Source: a bacterium (lineage in GTDB: Bacteria > SAR324 > XYD2-FULL-50-16 > JBNMNM01). From it: a stretch of 44,252 nt of DNA. Positions 19,849 to 29,109 of the stretch are shown here, in pieces; within the stretch, counting starts at the first letter, position 1; each line of letters opens with the position of its first letter. The notes beneath the pieces are model-generated. The model was not told where the DNA came from. It saw only the letters and a list, made by a program, of their open reading frames with translations, and made no database searches. The stretch is from the NCBI GenBank assembly GCA_051275585.1, contig JBNMNM010000001.1, positions 1 to 44,252 of the forward strand, in the 5' to 3' direction. The position numbers were made by a program, and so were the translations under genes.

Positions 19849-20114
19849 ATTGCAAATCTAAGTAATAGTCTTTGAATAAACTGAATCAAAACTAAAGCAA
19901 GGATAGGAGAAATATCCATTCCTGCAAAAGAAGGAATAATGCTTTGAATTGGTTTTAATATCGGGTCTGTTATTTTGTGGATAAACCGCACAATAGGATT
20001 CATAGGATCGGGGTTAATCCAAGATAAAATTGCTCGAATAATAATTGCGAAACTGCAAATTGATAAGAGTAAATGTAGAATCGTAATAATTGGATTTCCA
20101 GTTTGTATAAACAT
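19845..20114 (-). CDS. yggT: YggT-family small membrane protein
   Basis: 89 aa with two TM helices. YggT pattern RAILSWI.PD..NP...FI..ITDPIL.P......F.G.D.SPI. Confidence 0.8.
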   Translation of the reverse strand: MFIQTGNPIITILHLLLSICSFAIIIRAILSWINPDPMNPIVRFIHKITDPILKPIQSIIPSFAGMDISPILALVLIQFIQRLLLRFAI

Positions 20115-20204
20115 AGTTCAAGTTCCTTTTTTAAAATGGGATTAGTCTGCTTTTATTATCGTGATAAAAAATAAAAACATTGTAAAGATCGAGTCTAGAA
20201 ATCA

Positions 20205-21935
20205 ATGAATAAAGATATTCAAAATATACTAGTTAATAACCTTGATCATATTTTATTAACATGGTTCATTCTTGATGAAGATAATCATATTATCCATTGG
20301 AGTGAATCAACACGAAAGCTATTTGGATATGAACAAGAAGAAGTTCTAAATCAACCTGCAAAAATGCTTCTTCCTGGAGGAGTTCAGGAAGTTAATTTTT
20401 CAATGTTGGTTTCTGACTTATTGCATAATGATGAACTGATCAACCATCGAATTCAGTTTCAGAAAAAAGATGGAATTATTTTAGAAACTGAAGCCACAGT
20501 AAAACATCTAAAAGAGGATAGCCATTCCTATTGGCTGGTTACACTCAATAACATCACAGAAATTATAGGTTTACAGAAGTTAGTTTATTCTAAGATGGAT
20601 CGATTAGAAAAAAAACTAGCTTTTGTTGATGATGATTCTTTTGGAAAATCAACGGAAGATATCTATGATGCAATTCTTGTTTCTGTGACTGCTGGTCAAG
20701 GATTACGATTTAATCGAGCTTTTTTGTTTATTGTTGATGATAAAAAAAAGGAATTACAAGGAATCCAAGCAATTGGTCCTGCGTCTCCTGAAGAAGCTGG
20801 AGCAATTTATCAAAATTTTGGGTTAGGTCCTAGAACATTGATTGAAGCCATTGAGCTGTATCAAAATTCAGAAGGACAAAAAGATGATGTTGTAAACCGT
20901 TTAGTAAAAGATATTCAGATTAGTTTGGATGATGATGAACATATTTTAATCCAGACGTTGAAAAATCGACTTTATGCAGTTATTGATGATCAAACAGAAG
21001 GTGAATCTGTTGAATGGTTACGAAACCATTTTGGAATGGATGAATGTATTGTTGTGACTTTATCATGGCATGGTCATCCAATTGGAGTAATTATCGCAGA
21101 TAATCAAATTACTCATAAAAATATTACTAATCGAGATATTCAAGGTCTCACTAGTTTTGCTCATATTGCAGGTCATGCAATTGAAACTATTGAATTATTA
21201 AATTTATTAGAAGAAAATATTGTTCAAGTAAGAAGTGCGAATAAATCTCTTAAAGAAAGCCAAGCACAACTAGTTGAACGAGAAAAGTTAGCAGCCGTTG
21301 GTGTTTTAATGGCTCAGATGGCTCATGAAGTTCGAGGACCTCTAGCAATTATTGGTGGATATGCGAGGCGAGTGTTTAATCAACTGAATGAAGTTGATTT
21401 TCACTATGATCCATTAGGACGAATTGTTGATACAGTCAAAACTCTTGAGTCAGTACTTCGAGATATTTTAGAGAAAGTACATCCTGAAGAGGAAGAGGAG
21501 TGTTATTCTGATATTCATAAAATTATCAATAAGGTAATGAACTTGCTAGATCAGGAAATTCACTCACGAGAAATCTCTGTAAATTTGAATATTCAGGGTG
21601 ATCTTCCAAAAATTCGCATTAAAGAGCATCATTTGTTTGAAATTATTAATAATTTAGTTAAGAATGCTTTAGAAGCAATTGATAAAAATGGTTTACTAGC
21701 TATTTCTGCAATAAGTTCAGAAAATGGAGTTGTAATTAATGTTAAAGATTCTGGTACAGGAATTCCGCCAGAAAAAAGAAAAAAATTATTTACACCATTT
21801 TTTACAACGAAAAGAACTGGAACTGGGCTTGGACTTTCTATTGTGAAAAAGCTTTTAGATGAATACAATGGGACGATTAACGTTTTTTCTGCACCAAATA
21901 CAGGATCAACATTTACGATTTCATTTCCTCTATAA
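20205..21935 (+). CDS. cytoplasmic PAS-GAF sensor histidine kinase
   Basis: 576 aa. N-terminal PAS-like segment and central GAF-like segment (RFNRAFLFIVDD...). H-box MAHEVRGPL, then HATPase_c motifs (NNLVKNALEA, DSGTGI, GTGLGLSIV). Confidence 0.88.
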   Translation: MNKDIQNILVNNLDHILLTWFILDEDNHIIHWSESTRKLFGYEQEEVLNQPAKMLLPGGVQEVNFSMLVSDLLHNDELINHRIQFQKKDGIILETEATVKHLKEDSHSYWLVTLNNITEIIGLQKLVYSKMDRLEKKLAFVDDDSFGKSTEDIYDAILVSVTAGQGLRFNRAFLFIVDDKKKELQGIQAIGPASPEEAGAIYQNFGLGPRTLIEAIELYQNSEGQKDDVVNRLVKDIQISLDDDEHILIQTLKNRLYAVIDDQTEGESVEWLRNHFGMDECIVVTLSWHGHPIGVIIADNQITHKNITNRDIQGLTSFAHIAGHAIETIELLNLLEENIVQVRSANKSLKESQAQLVEREKLAAVGVLMAQMAHEVRGPLAIIGGYARRVFNQLNEVDFHYDPLGRIVDTVKTLESVLRDILEKVHPEEEEECYSDIHKIINKVMNLLDQEIHSREISVNLNIQGDLPKIRIKEHHLFEIINNLVKNALEAIDKNGLLAISAISSENGVVINVKDSGTGIPPEKRKKLFTPFFTTKRTGTGLGLSIVKKLLDEYNGTINVFSAPNTGSTFTISFPL

Positions 21936-21979
21936 TGTGACACAAATTTTGATCCACCAAAAAACTTGAGGGAGGGTAT

Positions 21980-22360
21980 ATGCCTAAGTATGAAAGTAAA
22001 TTATTAATTATCGACGATGATGATAACATGAGATTCCTATTGGAATCTGAGTTTAAAGATTTGGGTTATAATGTAACAGCGGCAGATTCGGCGTTTACAG
22101 GCCTTCCATTGTTACAAAAAGGAGATTTTGATTTGGTTATTTTAGATATTAAAATGCCAGGCATGGATGGAATTGAGGCATTAGGCCGAATTGTAGGAAC
22201 AAAAAGAGGCTTACCTGTAATTATTCATAGTGCTTATAGTCATTATAAAGAAAATTATTTGACTTGGAGTGCTTCTGCATATGTTGTGAAGAGTTCTGAT
22301 TTAACTGAGTTAAAAAATACGGCAGTAAAATTAATTGAAGAAAAAGAAGCAACACAATAA
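21980..22360 (+). CDS. stand-alone CheY-like response regulator receiver
   Basis: 126 aa. DDDD acidic pocket, phospho-acceptor context DLVILDIKMPGMDG and conserved K (VVKS). No output domain. Confidence 0.9.
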   Translation: MPKYESKLLIIDDDDNMRFLLESEFKDLGYNVTAADSAFTGLPLLQKGDFDLVILDIKMPGMDGIEALGRIVGTKRGLPVIIHSAYSHYKENYLTWSASAYVVKSSDLTELKNTAVKLIEEKEATQ

Positions 22361-22380
22361 ATTTAATAGATTAGGTTATA

Positions 22381-22412
22381 AATACTCTTGGAATTGAGAG
22401 AGTATTTTTTTT
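22381..22412 (+). terminator. rho-independent terminator after the kinase/regulator pair
   Basis: Stem AATACTCT/AGAGTATT (22381-22388 / 22399-22406) with a 10-nt loop, followed by T6. Confidence 0.65.
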
Positions 22413-22475
22413 GTTAGTGACAGGATATTAATAACGATTTTAGCTAGATAGAACATAAATTTAGAGGAGCATAGT

Positions 22476-23669
22476 ATGGATTTGCGGGAAAACAAAGTTT
22501 TGACCTTTATACTTGCTGGTGGAAAGGGGACACGTTTATACCCTTTAACCAGAGATCGGACTAAACCCGCAGTTCCTTTTGCAGGGCGATTTCGGATTAT
22601 TGATTTCGTACTTTCAAGTTGTATTAATTCGGGTTTACGACAAATTTATGTTTTAACACAAACTAAGAGTCAGTCACTTGATGAACATATTCGTAGTGGG
22701 TGGGGATTCCTTTACCACGAACTACGAGAGTTTATTGCGACAATTCCTCCTCAGCAGAAAATTTCAGAGGATTGGTATTCAGGAACAGCGGATGCTATTT
22801 ATCAAAATATGAACTGTTTGCAAGATCATAAACCAGAACATGTTTTGATTCTTTCAGGAGATCATATTTACAACATGGATTTCAATGAGTTGGTACAACA
22901 ACATATTGAAACTGATGCTGATCTTACTGCTTCTGTATTAACAATTAAAAAAGATGAAGCTTCTGAATTTGGTGTACTTGCAATGGACAAGGATAATCGA
23001 ATTACAGAGTTTATTGAAAAGCCTCAAGATCCTTCAATTATTCCAGGTGAAGGTGATGACTGTTATATTAACATGGGAATTTATCTGTTCAAAACAGACG
23101 CCCTTGTTCGTAATTTGTCAGAAGATGCTCGAAGAGATTCAGACCATGATTTTGGAAAAAATATTATTCCAAATATGTTGAAAAACTATAAAGTAAATGG
23201 TTTTGAATTTGTAAAAAGCCGTTTTGGACAGTATTGGCGAGATGTTGGAACCATTGCAAGTTACTATGATGCCAATCTTGATTTCTTGTCAGATTTAGGA
23301 AAGCATGTATTTAGTCCACCAGATTGGAGAATTCGAACTCTTGGTGAACAGCTTCCACCATCATATTTTGATGATGCAGGTTTAGAACATGCTGCTGTTG
23401 GAACTGGGTCTAATCTTACAAAATGTAAAGTGATCAATTCAATCATTGGTCGAAATGTTGTGATTGAAGAAGGAACTGAAATTCGAGACTCTATTATTAT
23501 GAGTAACGCTCGAATTGGAAAGAACTGTAAAATCAAAAAAGTAATTTTTGATCATGATGCTCATATTCCAGACAATATTGAAATTGGATACAACAGAGAA
23601 GAAGATATGAAGAGATTCTTTCTTTCTGATGATATTGTTGTTCTTCCAAAATATTATCGATACGAATAA
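22476..23669 (+). CDS. glgC: glucose-1-phosphate adenylyltransferase
   Basis: N-terminal LAGGKGTRLYPLT..R.KPAVPF.G.FRIIDF.LS.C.NSG, then WY.GTADA, and a C-terminal left-handed beta-helix repeat region. Confidence 0.93.
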   Translation: MDLRENKVLTFILAGGKGTRLYPLTRDRTKPAVPFAGRFRIIDFVLSSCINSGLRQIYVLTQTKSQSLDEHIRSGWGFLYHELREFIATIPPQQKISEDWYSGTADAIYQNMNCLQDHKPEHVLILSGDHIYNMDFNELVQQHIETDADLTASVLTIKKDEASEFGVLAMDKDNRITEFIEKPQDPSIIPGEGDDCYINMGIYLFKTDALVRNLSEDARRDSDHDFGKNIIPNMLKNYKVNGFEFVKSRFGQYWRDVGTIASYYDANLDFLSDLGKHVFSPPDWRIRTLGEQLPPSYFDDAGLEHAAVGTGSNLTKCKVINSIIGRNVVIEEGTEIRDSIIMSNARIGKNCKIKKVIFDHDAHIPDNIEIGYNREEDMKRFFLSDDIVVLPKYYRYE

Positions 23670-23673
23670 AATC

Positions 23674-23713
23674 AAAAAGGTTTGTGTAATTAATTTTATG
23701 CAAACCTTTTTTT
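23674..23713 (+). terminator. probable rho-independent terminator after glgC
   Basis: AAAAAGGTTTG / CAAACCTTTTT arms (core GGTTTG/CAAACC) with a 16-nt loop and a trailing T-run to 23713. The large loop makes it weaker than the other two. Confidence 0.5.
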
Positions 23714-23879
23714 ATCCTGTATTACCTCAGCAAATTCCAGCTTTAGAGTATTATTATAGAATAGTTCTTGAGTTAAGGACTAGTAAGAGAAATTAAAATT
23801 TTGTAGACTACCAACTTTTCCTACCTAGATATTCTCCATTATTGAGCTTTGCTCAAAAGCACCTTCGATAAAATTAGTC

Positions 23880-26114
23880 ATGATTAGACTAAGAAAAAAG
23901 AAAAAGCCTGAAAAAAAAGACTCTTCTAAGTTAATAAATACGCCTGAACATCAAAAAACAATTCGAAATAGAATAGGATTAATTATTTTTCTAACTATTT
24001 TGATAGGAGTTTTATTATCATTTGATTTCTATAAAAGAGAGTTCCAAAATTGGAATACGATTGATAAAAATTTAAATATTTTTTTATTAATCAATATCAA
24101 TGTTATTTTACTTGTAACTGTGACTCTTTTACTTCTTCGAAATTTAATTAAGCTCTTTTATGAGAGGAAAAAACGTCTTTTAGGATTTAAGCTAAAAAGT
24201 AAATTAACATTTGCTTTTATTTTAGTAGCTGTTCTTCCAATGATTATTTTCTTTGCAATTACAAATCGATTTTTAACTAATAGTCTGAATTTTTGGTTTC
24301 AAGGACAATATTCTGTTGTCTTAAAAAGTGCTGCAATTGTTGTAAAGAATTTTAGTGAAAATTGGGGTCGAGGTTTAACTCATTATGGAAATGTTGTTGT
24401 TTTAGATTTATTAAAAGAAAAAATTCCTCCAAATGGAGAGGAAGAGTGGTTTCAAAGTAAACTATTTCGTTATCGTTTAGATGGAATTATTATTTATGAT
24501 AAAAGTTTAACACCTCAAAATAAATGGTTCTCAGGTAAGAAAAAAGCAGAACTTTGGACTCCAATTGATAAAGTAACTCTACAAAAAGGAATTTCTTCCT
24601 CATTATTGCGTTTTGATCAGAAGGTAAAAGACGGACATATTTATCGTGCAATTGTACCCGTTAAATTTCGGGAACATACTACATATTTAGAGGTTGTTCG
24701 TATTCTTCCAGGTTCTTGGTATTCTGATCTTGAGACTGTAAGAAAAAGGTTAGGTGAGTATGAAAACTTATTGTTATTGGAAGATCCGATTCGTACCAAT
24801 TACACAACTTACCTACTTCTAATTGCGATCCTGATTATTTTTACAAGTACTTGGTTTGGCTATTACCTTGCTCGAAATATTGTTGTTCCTATTGAAACTC
24901 TGGTTGATGGAACCCGAAGAATTGCAAAGGGTGATCTTGATTTTCAAATTGAGTTAAAATCAGATGATGAAATTGGCATGTTGCTAAAGTCATTTAATAT
25001 CATGACCAAGGATTTAAAACTTGGAAGACAACAATTAGCTGAAAGTCAAAAAGAATTAATTGATTCCCATCAAGCCCTAGAAGAAAGAAATATTTTTGTT
25101 GAATTAGTTGTACAAAATATCCAACCAGGTGTTCTATCCATTGATAATTCAGGATTTGTTCATACAGTAAATCCCTACATTATGAATCTGTTTGATATTA
25201 AATCAGCAAAAACAAGAAAAAAGCATTACCGCACTTTGTTGAATAAAGAGCAGTTATCATTCTTTAATGAGTTGGATGATTTATTAACCAATTCCAGCGA
25301 AAAATTAGTAAAAAAAGATTTTCATTTAACTCAGGGAAAGAAAAAAATTCATCTTTCTATGCAATTGTTCCAGCTCAAAAATCATCTCGAAGAGCCAATG
25401 GGAAAATTGCTTGTTGTTGAAGATATGACAGAACTGGATCGTTCTACGAGAGCAAGAGCTTGGAGAGAAGTTGCAAGAAGAATTGCTCATGAAATTAAAA
25501 ATCCATTAACTCCAATTCAGCTTTCTGCACAACGAATCCGTAGAAAATATTTAGATGAAATAGAGAGCTTCGAGTTGCTTGATAGCTGTACAACCACAAT
25601 TATTAATGAGGTTGATGGTTTAAAAAAAATGGTGAATGAATTTTCTAAATTTGCAAGAATGCCAGAGATTAATCCTTCACCAATGAATATCAATCGAGTG
25701 TTACAAGAAGTATATGATTTATTTAAGCCAGGAATATTGTCTACAATTGGGCTTGAAATGTCGATTGACCCAAAAACTCCAGATACATTATTAGATGCTG
25801 AACAAATGAAAAGGGTATTTACTAATCTTATGGATAATGCCATATCCGCAATGGAGGGTGAAGGCAAGATTGAGTTAATTTCTTCATACTTTAAGCATTT
25901 GAAAATGGTTGTAGTCCATGTAAAGGATAATGGTTGTGGAATTCCTAGTCATATTGTAAATCGAATTTTTGACCCTTATGTTACATCAAAATCTGAAGGA
26001 ACGGGTTTAGGATTAGCGATTGTACAACAAATTGTATCAGATCATGGGGGTTTTGTTCGACTGTCTGAAAATAAACCTCAAGGAACCATTTTTACCATTG
26101 AACTACCAGTCTAA
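23880..26114 (+). CDS. ntrY: NtrY-like membrane sensor histidine kinase (TM, HAMP, PAS, HisKA, HATPase_c)
   Basis: 744 aa. N-terminal TM helices, a HAMP-like segment (VPIETLVDGTRRIAKGDLDFQI) and a PAS-like segment. NtrY-type H-box IAHEIKNPLTPIQLSAQRIRRKY; ATPase motifs DNGCGI and GTGLGLAIV. Confidence 0.85.
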   Translation: MIRLRKKKKPEKKDSSKLINTPEHQKTIRNRIGLIIFLTILIGVLLSFDFYKREFQNWNTIDKNLNIFLLININVILLVTVTLLLLRNLIKLFYERKKRLLGFKLKSKLTFAFILVAVLPMIIFFAITNRFLTNSLNFWFQGQYSVVLKSAAIVVKNFSENWGRGLTHYGNVVVLDLLKEKIPPNGEEEWFQSKLFRYRLDGIIIYDKSLTPQNKWFSGKKKAELWTPIDKVTLQKGISSSLLRFDQKVKDGHIYRAIVPVKFREHTTYLEVVRILPGSWYSDLETVRKRLGEYENLLLLEDPIRTNYTTYLLLIAILIIFTSTWFGYYLARNIVVPIETLVDGTRRIAKGDLDFQIELKSDDEIGMLLKSFNIMTKDLKLGRQQLAESQKELIDSHQALEERNIFVELVVQNIQPGVLSIDNSGFVHTVNPYIMNLFDIKSAKTRKKHYRTLLNKEQLSFFNELDDLLTNSSEKLVKKDFHLTQGKKKIHLSMQLFQLKNHLEEPMGKLLVVEDMTELDRSTRARAWREVARRIAHEIKNPLTPIQLSAQRIRRKYLDEIESFELLDSCTTTIINEVDGLKKMVNEFSKFARMPEINPSPMNINRVLQEVYDLFKPGILSTIGLEMSIDPKTPDTLLDAEQMKRVFTNLMDNAISAMEGEGKIELISSYFKHLKMVVVHVKDNGCGIPSHIVNRIFDPYVTSKSEGTGLGLAIVQQIVSDHGGFVRLSENKPQGTIFTIELPV

Positions 26115-26150
26115 TTCTAAAAACATTGATTACTAATTAGTTACTTTATT

Positions 26151-27515
26151 ATGCCTCAAAAAATTCTAATTGTTGATGATGAAAGCTCTATCAGGAATTT
26201 AATTAAAGATATTCTTGATGATGAAGGATATGAGACTCAAGTCGCAAAAGATGGAGAGTCTGCAAAACAAATTCTTCGAAAAAATGAAGATTTTAATGTA
26301 GTTCTTCTTGATATTTGGATGCCAGGAATTGATGGAATGCAAGTATTAGAGTGGATCAAAAAAAATTATTCATGGTTGCCTGTTGTGATGATGTCAGGGC
26401 ATGGAAATATTGAAACCGCAGTGAAAGCGACAAAAAAAGGTGCTTATGATTTTATTGAAAAACCGCTTTCATTGGAAAAAATACTAATTACGTTGAGTCA
26501 TGCTTTAAAAGAATCAAATTTAGAACGTGAGAACGAAGAACTTCGTGGAAAGCAACAGCAGCGTTATGACATTATTGGGGAAAGTCTTCAGATTCAGGAA
26601 ATTCATGAGCAAATCAAGATTGCGGCACCTACTAATGGATGGGTTTTAATTCATGGTGAAAATGGAACGGGAAAAGAATTAGTAGCTCGTCAAATTCACA
26701 TGCAGAGTTTGAGAAAAAAGAAGCCTTTTGTTGAAGTAAATTGTGCTGCTATTCCTGAAGAATTGATTGAAAGTGAGTTATTTGGTCATGAAAAAGGCTC
26801 TTTTACTGGAGCGACAACTCGAAAAATTGGAAAGTTTGATCAAGCAAATGGAGGAACTCTGTTTCTTGATGAAATTGGAGATATGAGTCTTAAAACTCAA
26901 GCAAAAATTCTTCGGATTTTACAAGAACAACGATTTGAAAGAGTTGGTGGAACACAAATTATTGAAGTAGATGTTCGGATTATTGCGGCATCAAATAAAG
27001 ACTTACTTGCTGAGATCGAAAAAGGAAATTTTCGAGAAGATTTATATTATCGCTTAAATGTGATTCCACTCGAAGTTCCGCCATTAAAAGAAAGAATGGA
27101 TGATATTCCTATTTTAGTAGAGTATTTCTTAGACCAATATTCAAAAAGTAATAGTTACTCAAGAAAAACGATGACTGTAAAAGCAATGAACGTATTGCAA
27201 CATTATAACTGGCCAGGAAATATTCGAGAGCTTAAAAATATTGTAGAAAGAATGGTGATTATGGTTCAAGGATCTTCTATTAATATAGAACATATTCCTC
27301 CTGTAATTCGAATGGCAGAACAAAGTATGTTTCAAGTATCCAACTTTCCAAATACATTTCGAGAAGCGAGAGAGTCTTTTGATAAGCAATTTCTTGAAAT
27401 GATGTTGAAGAAAAATAATTGGAATATTTCAAAAACAGCAGAGTGTATTCATCTTGAACGAAGTAATTTGCATAAAAAAATTAAATTATTAGATATTGTT
27501 GTTCCTAAAAATTAA
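26151..27515 (+). CDS. ntrX: sigma-54-dependent response regulator (REC, AAA+, Fis-type HTH), NtrX/NtrC-like
   Basis: REC domain (VLLDIWMPGIDG). AAA+ Walker A GENGTGKE, sigma-54 contact loop GSFTGA, Walker B LFLDEIGD, R-finger region, and a C-terminal HTH (NISKTAECIHLERSNLHKKIK). Confidence 0.9.
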   Translation: MPQKILIVDDESSIRNLIKDILDDEGYETQVAKDGESAKQILRKNEDFNVVLLDIWMPGIDGMQVLEWIKKNYSWLPVVMMSGHGNIETAVKATKKGAYDFIEKPLSLEKILITLSHALKESNLERENEELRGKQQQRYDIIGESLQIQEIHEQIKIAAPTNGWVLIHGENGTGKELVARQIHMQSLRKKKPFVEVNCAAIPEELIESELFGHEKGSFTGATTRKIGKFDQANGGTLFLDEIGDMSLKTQAKILRILQEQRFERVGGTQIIEVDVRIIAASNKDLLAEIEKGNFREDLYYRLNVIPLEVPPLKERMDDIPILVEYFLDQYSKSNSYSRKTMTVKAMNVLQHYNWPGNIRELKNIVERMVIMVQGSSINIEHIPPVIRMAEQSMFQVSNFPNTFREARESFDKQFLEMMLKKNNWNISKTAECIHLERSNLHKKIKLLDIVVPKN

Positions 27516-27558
27516 CAAATACTGAATCAACAATTTATTTTTTTGTGAGACTTCTAGA

Positions 27559-28203
27559 ATGACCCAAGTAAATACAGATAATAGTCGATATACAGTTACA
27601 CAACTTCTGATTCCTCATAAAAGTACAATTGAAGATTTACGACTTTCAATTGATTATATGGATGAGGCTTTGATTCGACTTCTTGCTGAACGATTTCGTT
27701 CTGTTGCGAAAGTGTGTGTTCATAAAAATTATCAAAAAATTTCTCCTGAATACTCAACAAAAAGAGAAGAAGATTTTCAAAAAACAAAAACGGTTGCAGA
27801 ACAATTAAACTTAAACATTGAATTCATCCAAGATCTCTTCCAGCGAATTTATAAGGAAGGTGTGCAATTAATGGATGATATGAAACTGCACCAACCTGAT
27901 TTAAAATTAGATGATTTATATTATGATATTGGTGGAGTAGAAAGCATTATTGATAGTATTTTTCATCTTGATTTATCAATTTGCTATTTATTGGCAGAGC
28001 GTTTCCGAGTTGTTTCGAGAGTTGGAATCTTCAAAAAGAAATCTAACCTTAAACCATTGGCTGTAAAACGATGGGAAAAAATTATAGAAAGTCGAACAGC
28101 ACTAGGATCTTCAATGGGGTTACATCGTATTTTTGTTGTTGACCTGCTAAATTTAATTCACAAAGAAGCATTACGAATGGAAGCTAATATTATTGGTGGT
28201 TAA
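27559..28203 (+). CDS. protein with two tandem AroQ-type (CM_2) chorismate mutase domains
   Basis: Two copies of the AroQ helix-1 pattern: IEDLRLSIDYMDEALIRLLAERFRSVAKV (aa ~24-52) and VESIIDSIFHLDLSICYLLAERFRVVSRV (aa ~127-155). Each is followed by ~60 aa of helical sequence. No fused PheA or TyrA domain. Confidence 0.65.
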   Translation: MTQVNTDNSRYTVTQLLIPHKSTIEDLRLSIDYMDEALIRLLAERFRSVAKVCVHKNYQKISPEYSTKREEDFQKTKTVAEQLNLNIEFIQDLFQRIYKEGVQLMDDMKLHQPDLKLDDLYYDIGGVESIIDSIFHLDLSICYLLAERFRVVSRVGIFKKKSNLKPLAVKRWEKIIESRTALGSSMGLHRIFVVDLLNLIHKEALRMEANIIGG

Positions 28204-29089
28204 TTTCTATCCAAGAAGCATGTAGTAATTCTTGAATTAAAAATTGATGATATTGGAGAAATTGTTTTTGAACTCCAATATCATATAATTTTTCTACTGT
28301 TGTTGTAATATCAACATTTCTTTTTTGTGCTCCTAGTTTTAAAATATGTAATTTTTGAGAAAGCATTTCTAATGTAGTTTCTTGATTCTCTAAAGAAATA
28401 TCTTTTTGCGAAAGAACCTTTACCATGCTGTAAATTCTAAATCGATCCATTGCAGGATATTTCTGCGATAATTGATCTTGATGGCCTCCATACTTTATCA
28501 ACAAAGCCTCTTGCAATAATCCAATTTGTTGCTTCTCTGTAATTCTTAGCCATAAATCATAATCTTCACATGCTCTTAACTGAGTATCAAATCCTTGTTC
28601 TTGTTCAAAAAGTTCTTTTGTTAAAATCACAGATGATGGCGAAATTGTACAAAGTGTAAGGCTTTTTTCATAAATCCATCCTTGCTCTTTTTTATATTTC
28701 TTAGGTGGATTAACTTGTTTACCATTTCGAATCCAAATTTCTTCTGTTTGTAAAATTTGAATGTCTGGATTTTCTTGGATAAATTGTACCTGTTTTTCTA
28801 GCTTTTTTTTCTGCCATTGATCATCAGAGTCAAGAAAGGCAATCCAATTTCCTGTAGCATTTGCTACTCCTAAGTTTCTTGAGTAGCTAACTCCTTCATT
28901 TTGACTATTTTGAATTAACTTAATATGAGGGAACTTTTGTTGAATTTGAATGCAACTATTATCTGTAGAGGCATCATCAACAACAATAATTTCATGAGCT
29001 GAATGGGTTTGTTCTTGAACTGATTGAATACATTCAAGAACCGTTTTAATTCGATTATAAGTTGGAATAATAACAGAAATTCGAGTCAT
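28190..29089 (-). CDS. glycosyltransferase family 2
   Basis: GT-A motifs ISVIIPTYNR, VVDDASTDN and FLDSDD. 299 aa. Confidence 0.9.
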   Translation of the reverse strand: MTRISVIIPTYNRIKTVLECIQSVQEQTHSAHEIIVVDDASTDNSCIQIQQKFPHIKLIQNSQNEGVSYSRNLGVANATGNWIAFLDSDDQWQKKKLEKQVQFIQENPDIQILQTEEIWIRNGKQVNPPKKYKKEQGWIYEKSLTLCTISPSSVILTKELFEQEQGFDTQLRACEDYDLWLRITEKQQIGLLQEALLIKYGGHQDQLSQKYPAMDRFRIYSMVKVLSQKDISLENQETTLEMLSQKLHILKLGAQKRNVDITTTVEKLYDIGVQKQFLQYHQFLIQELLHASWIEINHQ

Positions 29090-29109
29090 AAAATGGGATA
29101 TAATCAGTT

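Noticed and set aside
23842-23856. Palindrome TTGAGC-TTT-GCTCAA 24 nt upstream of the ntrY-like start, possibly an operator.
   Set aside because: It is a single 6+6 palindrome with no second copy seen elsewhere in the window. It is too short to separate from chance without comparative data.
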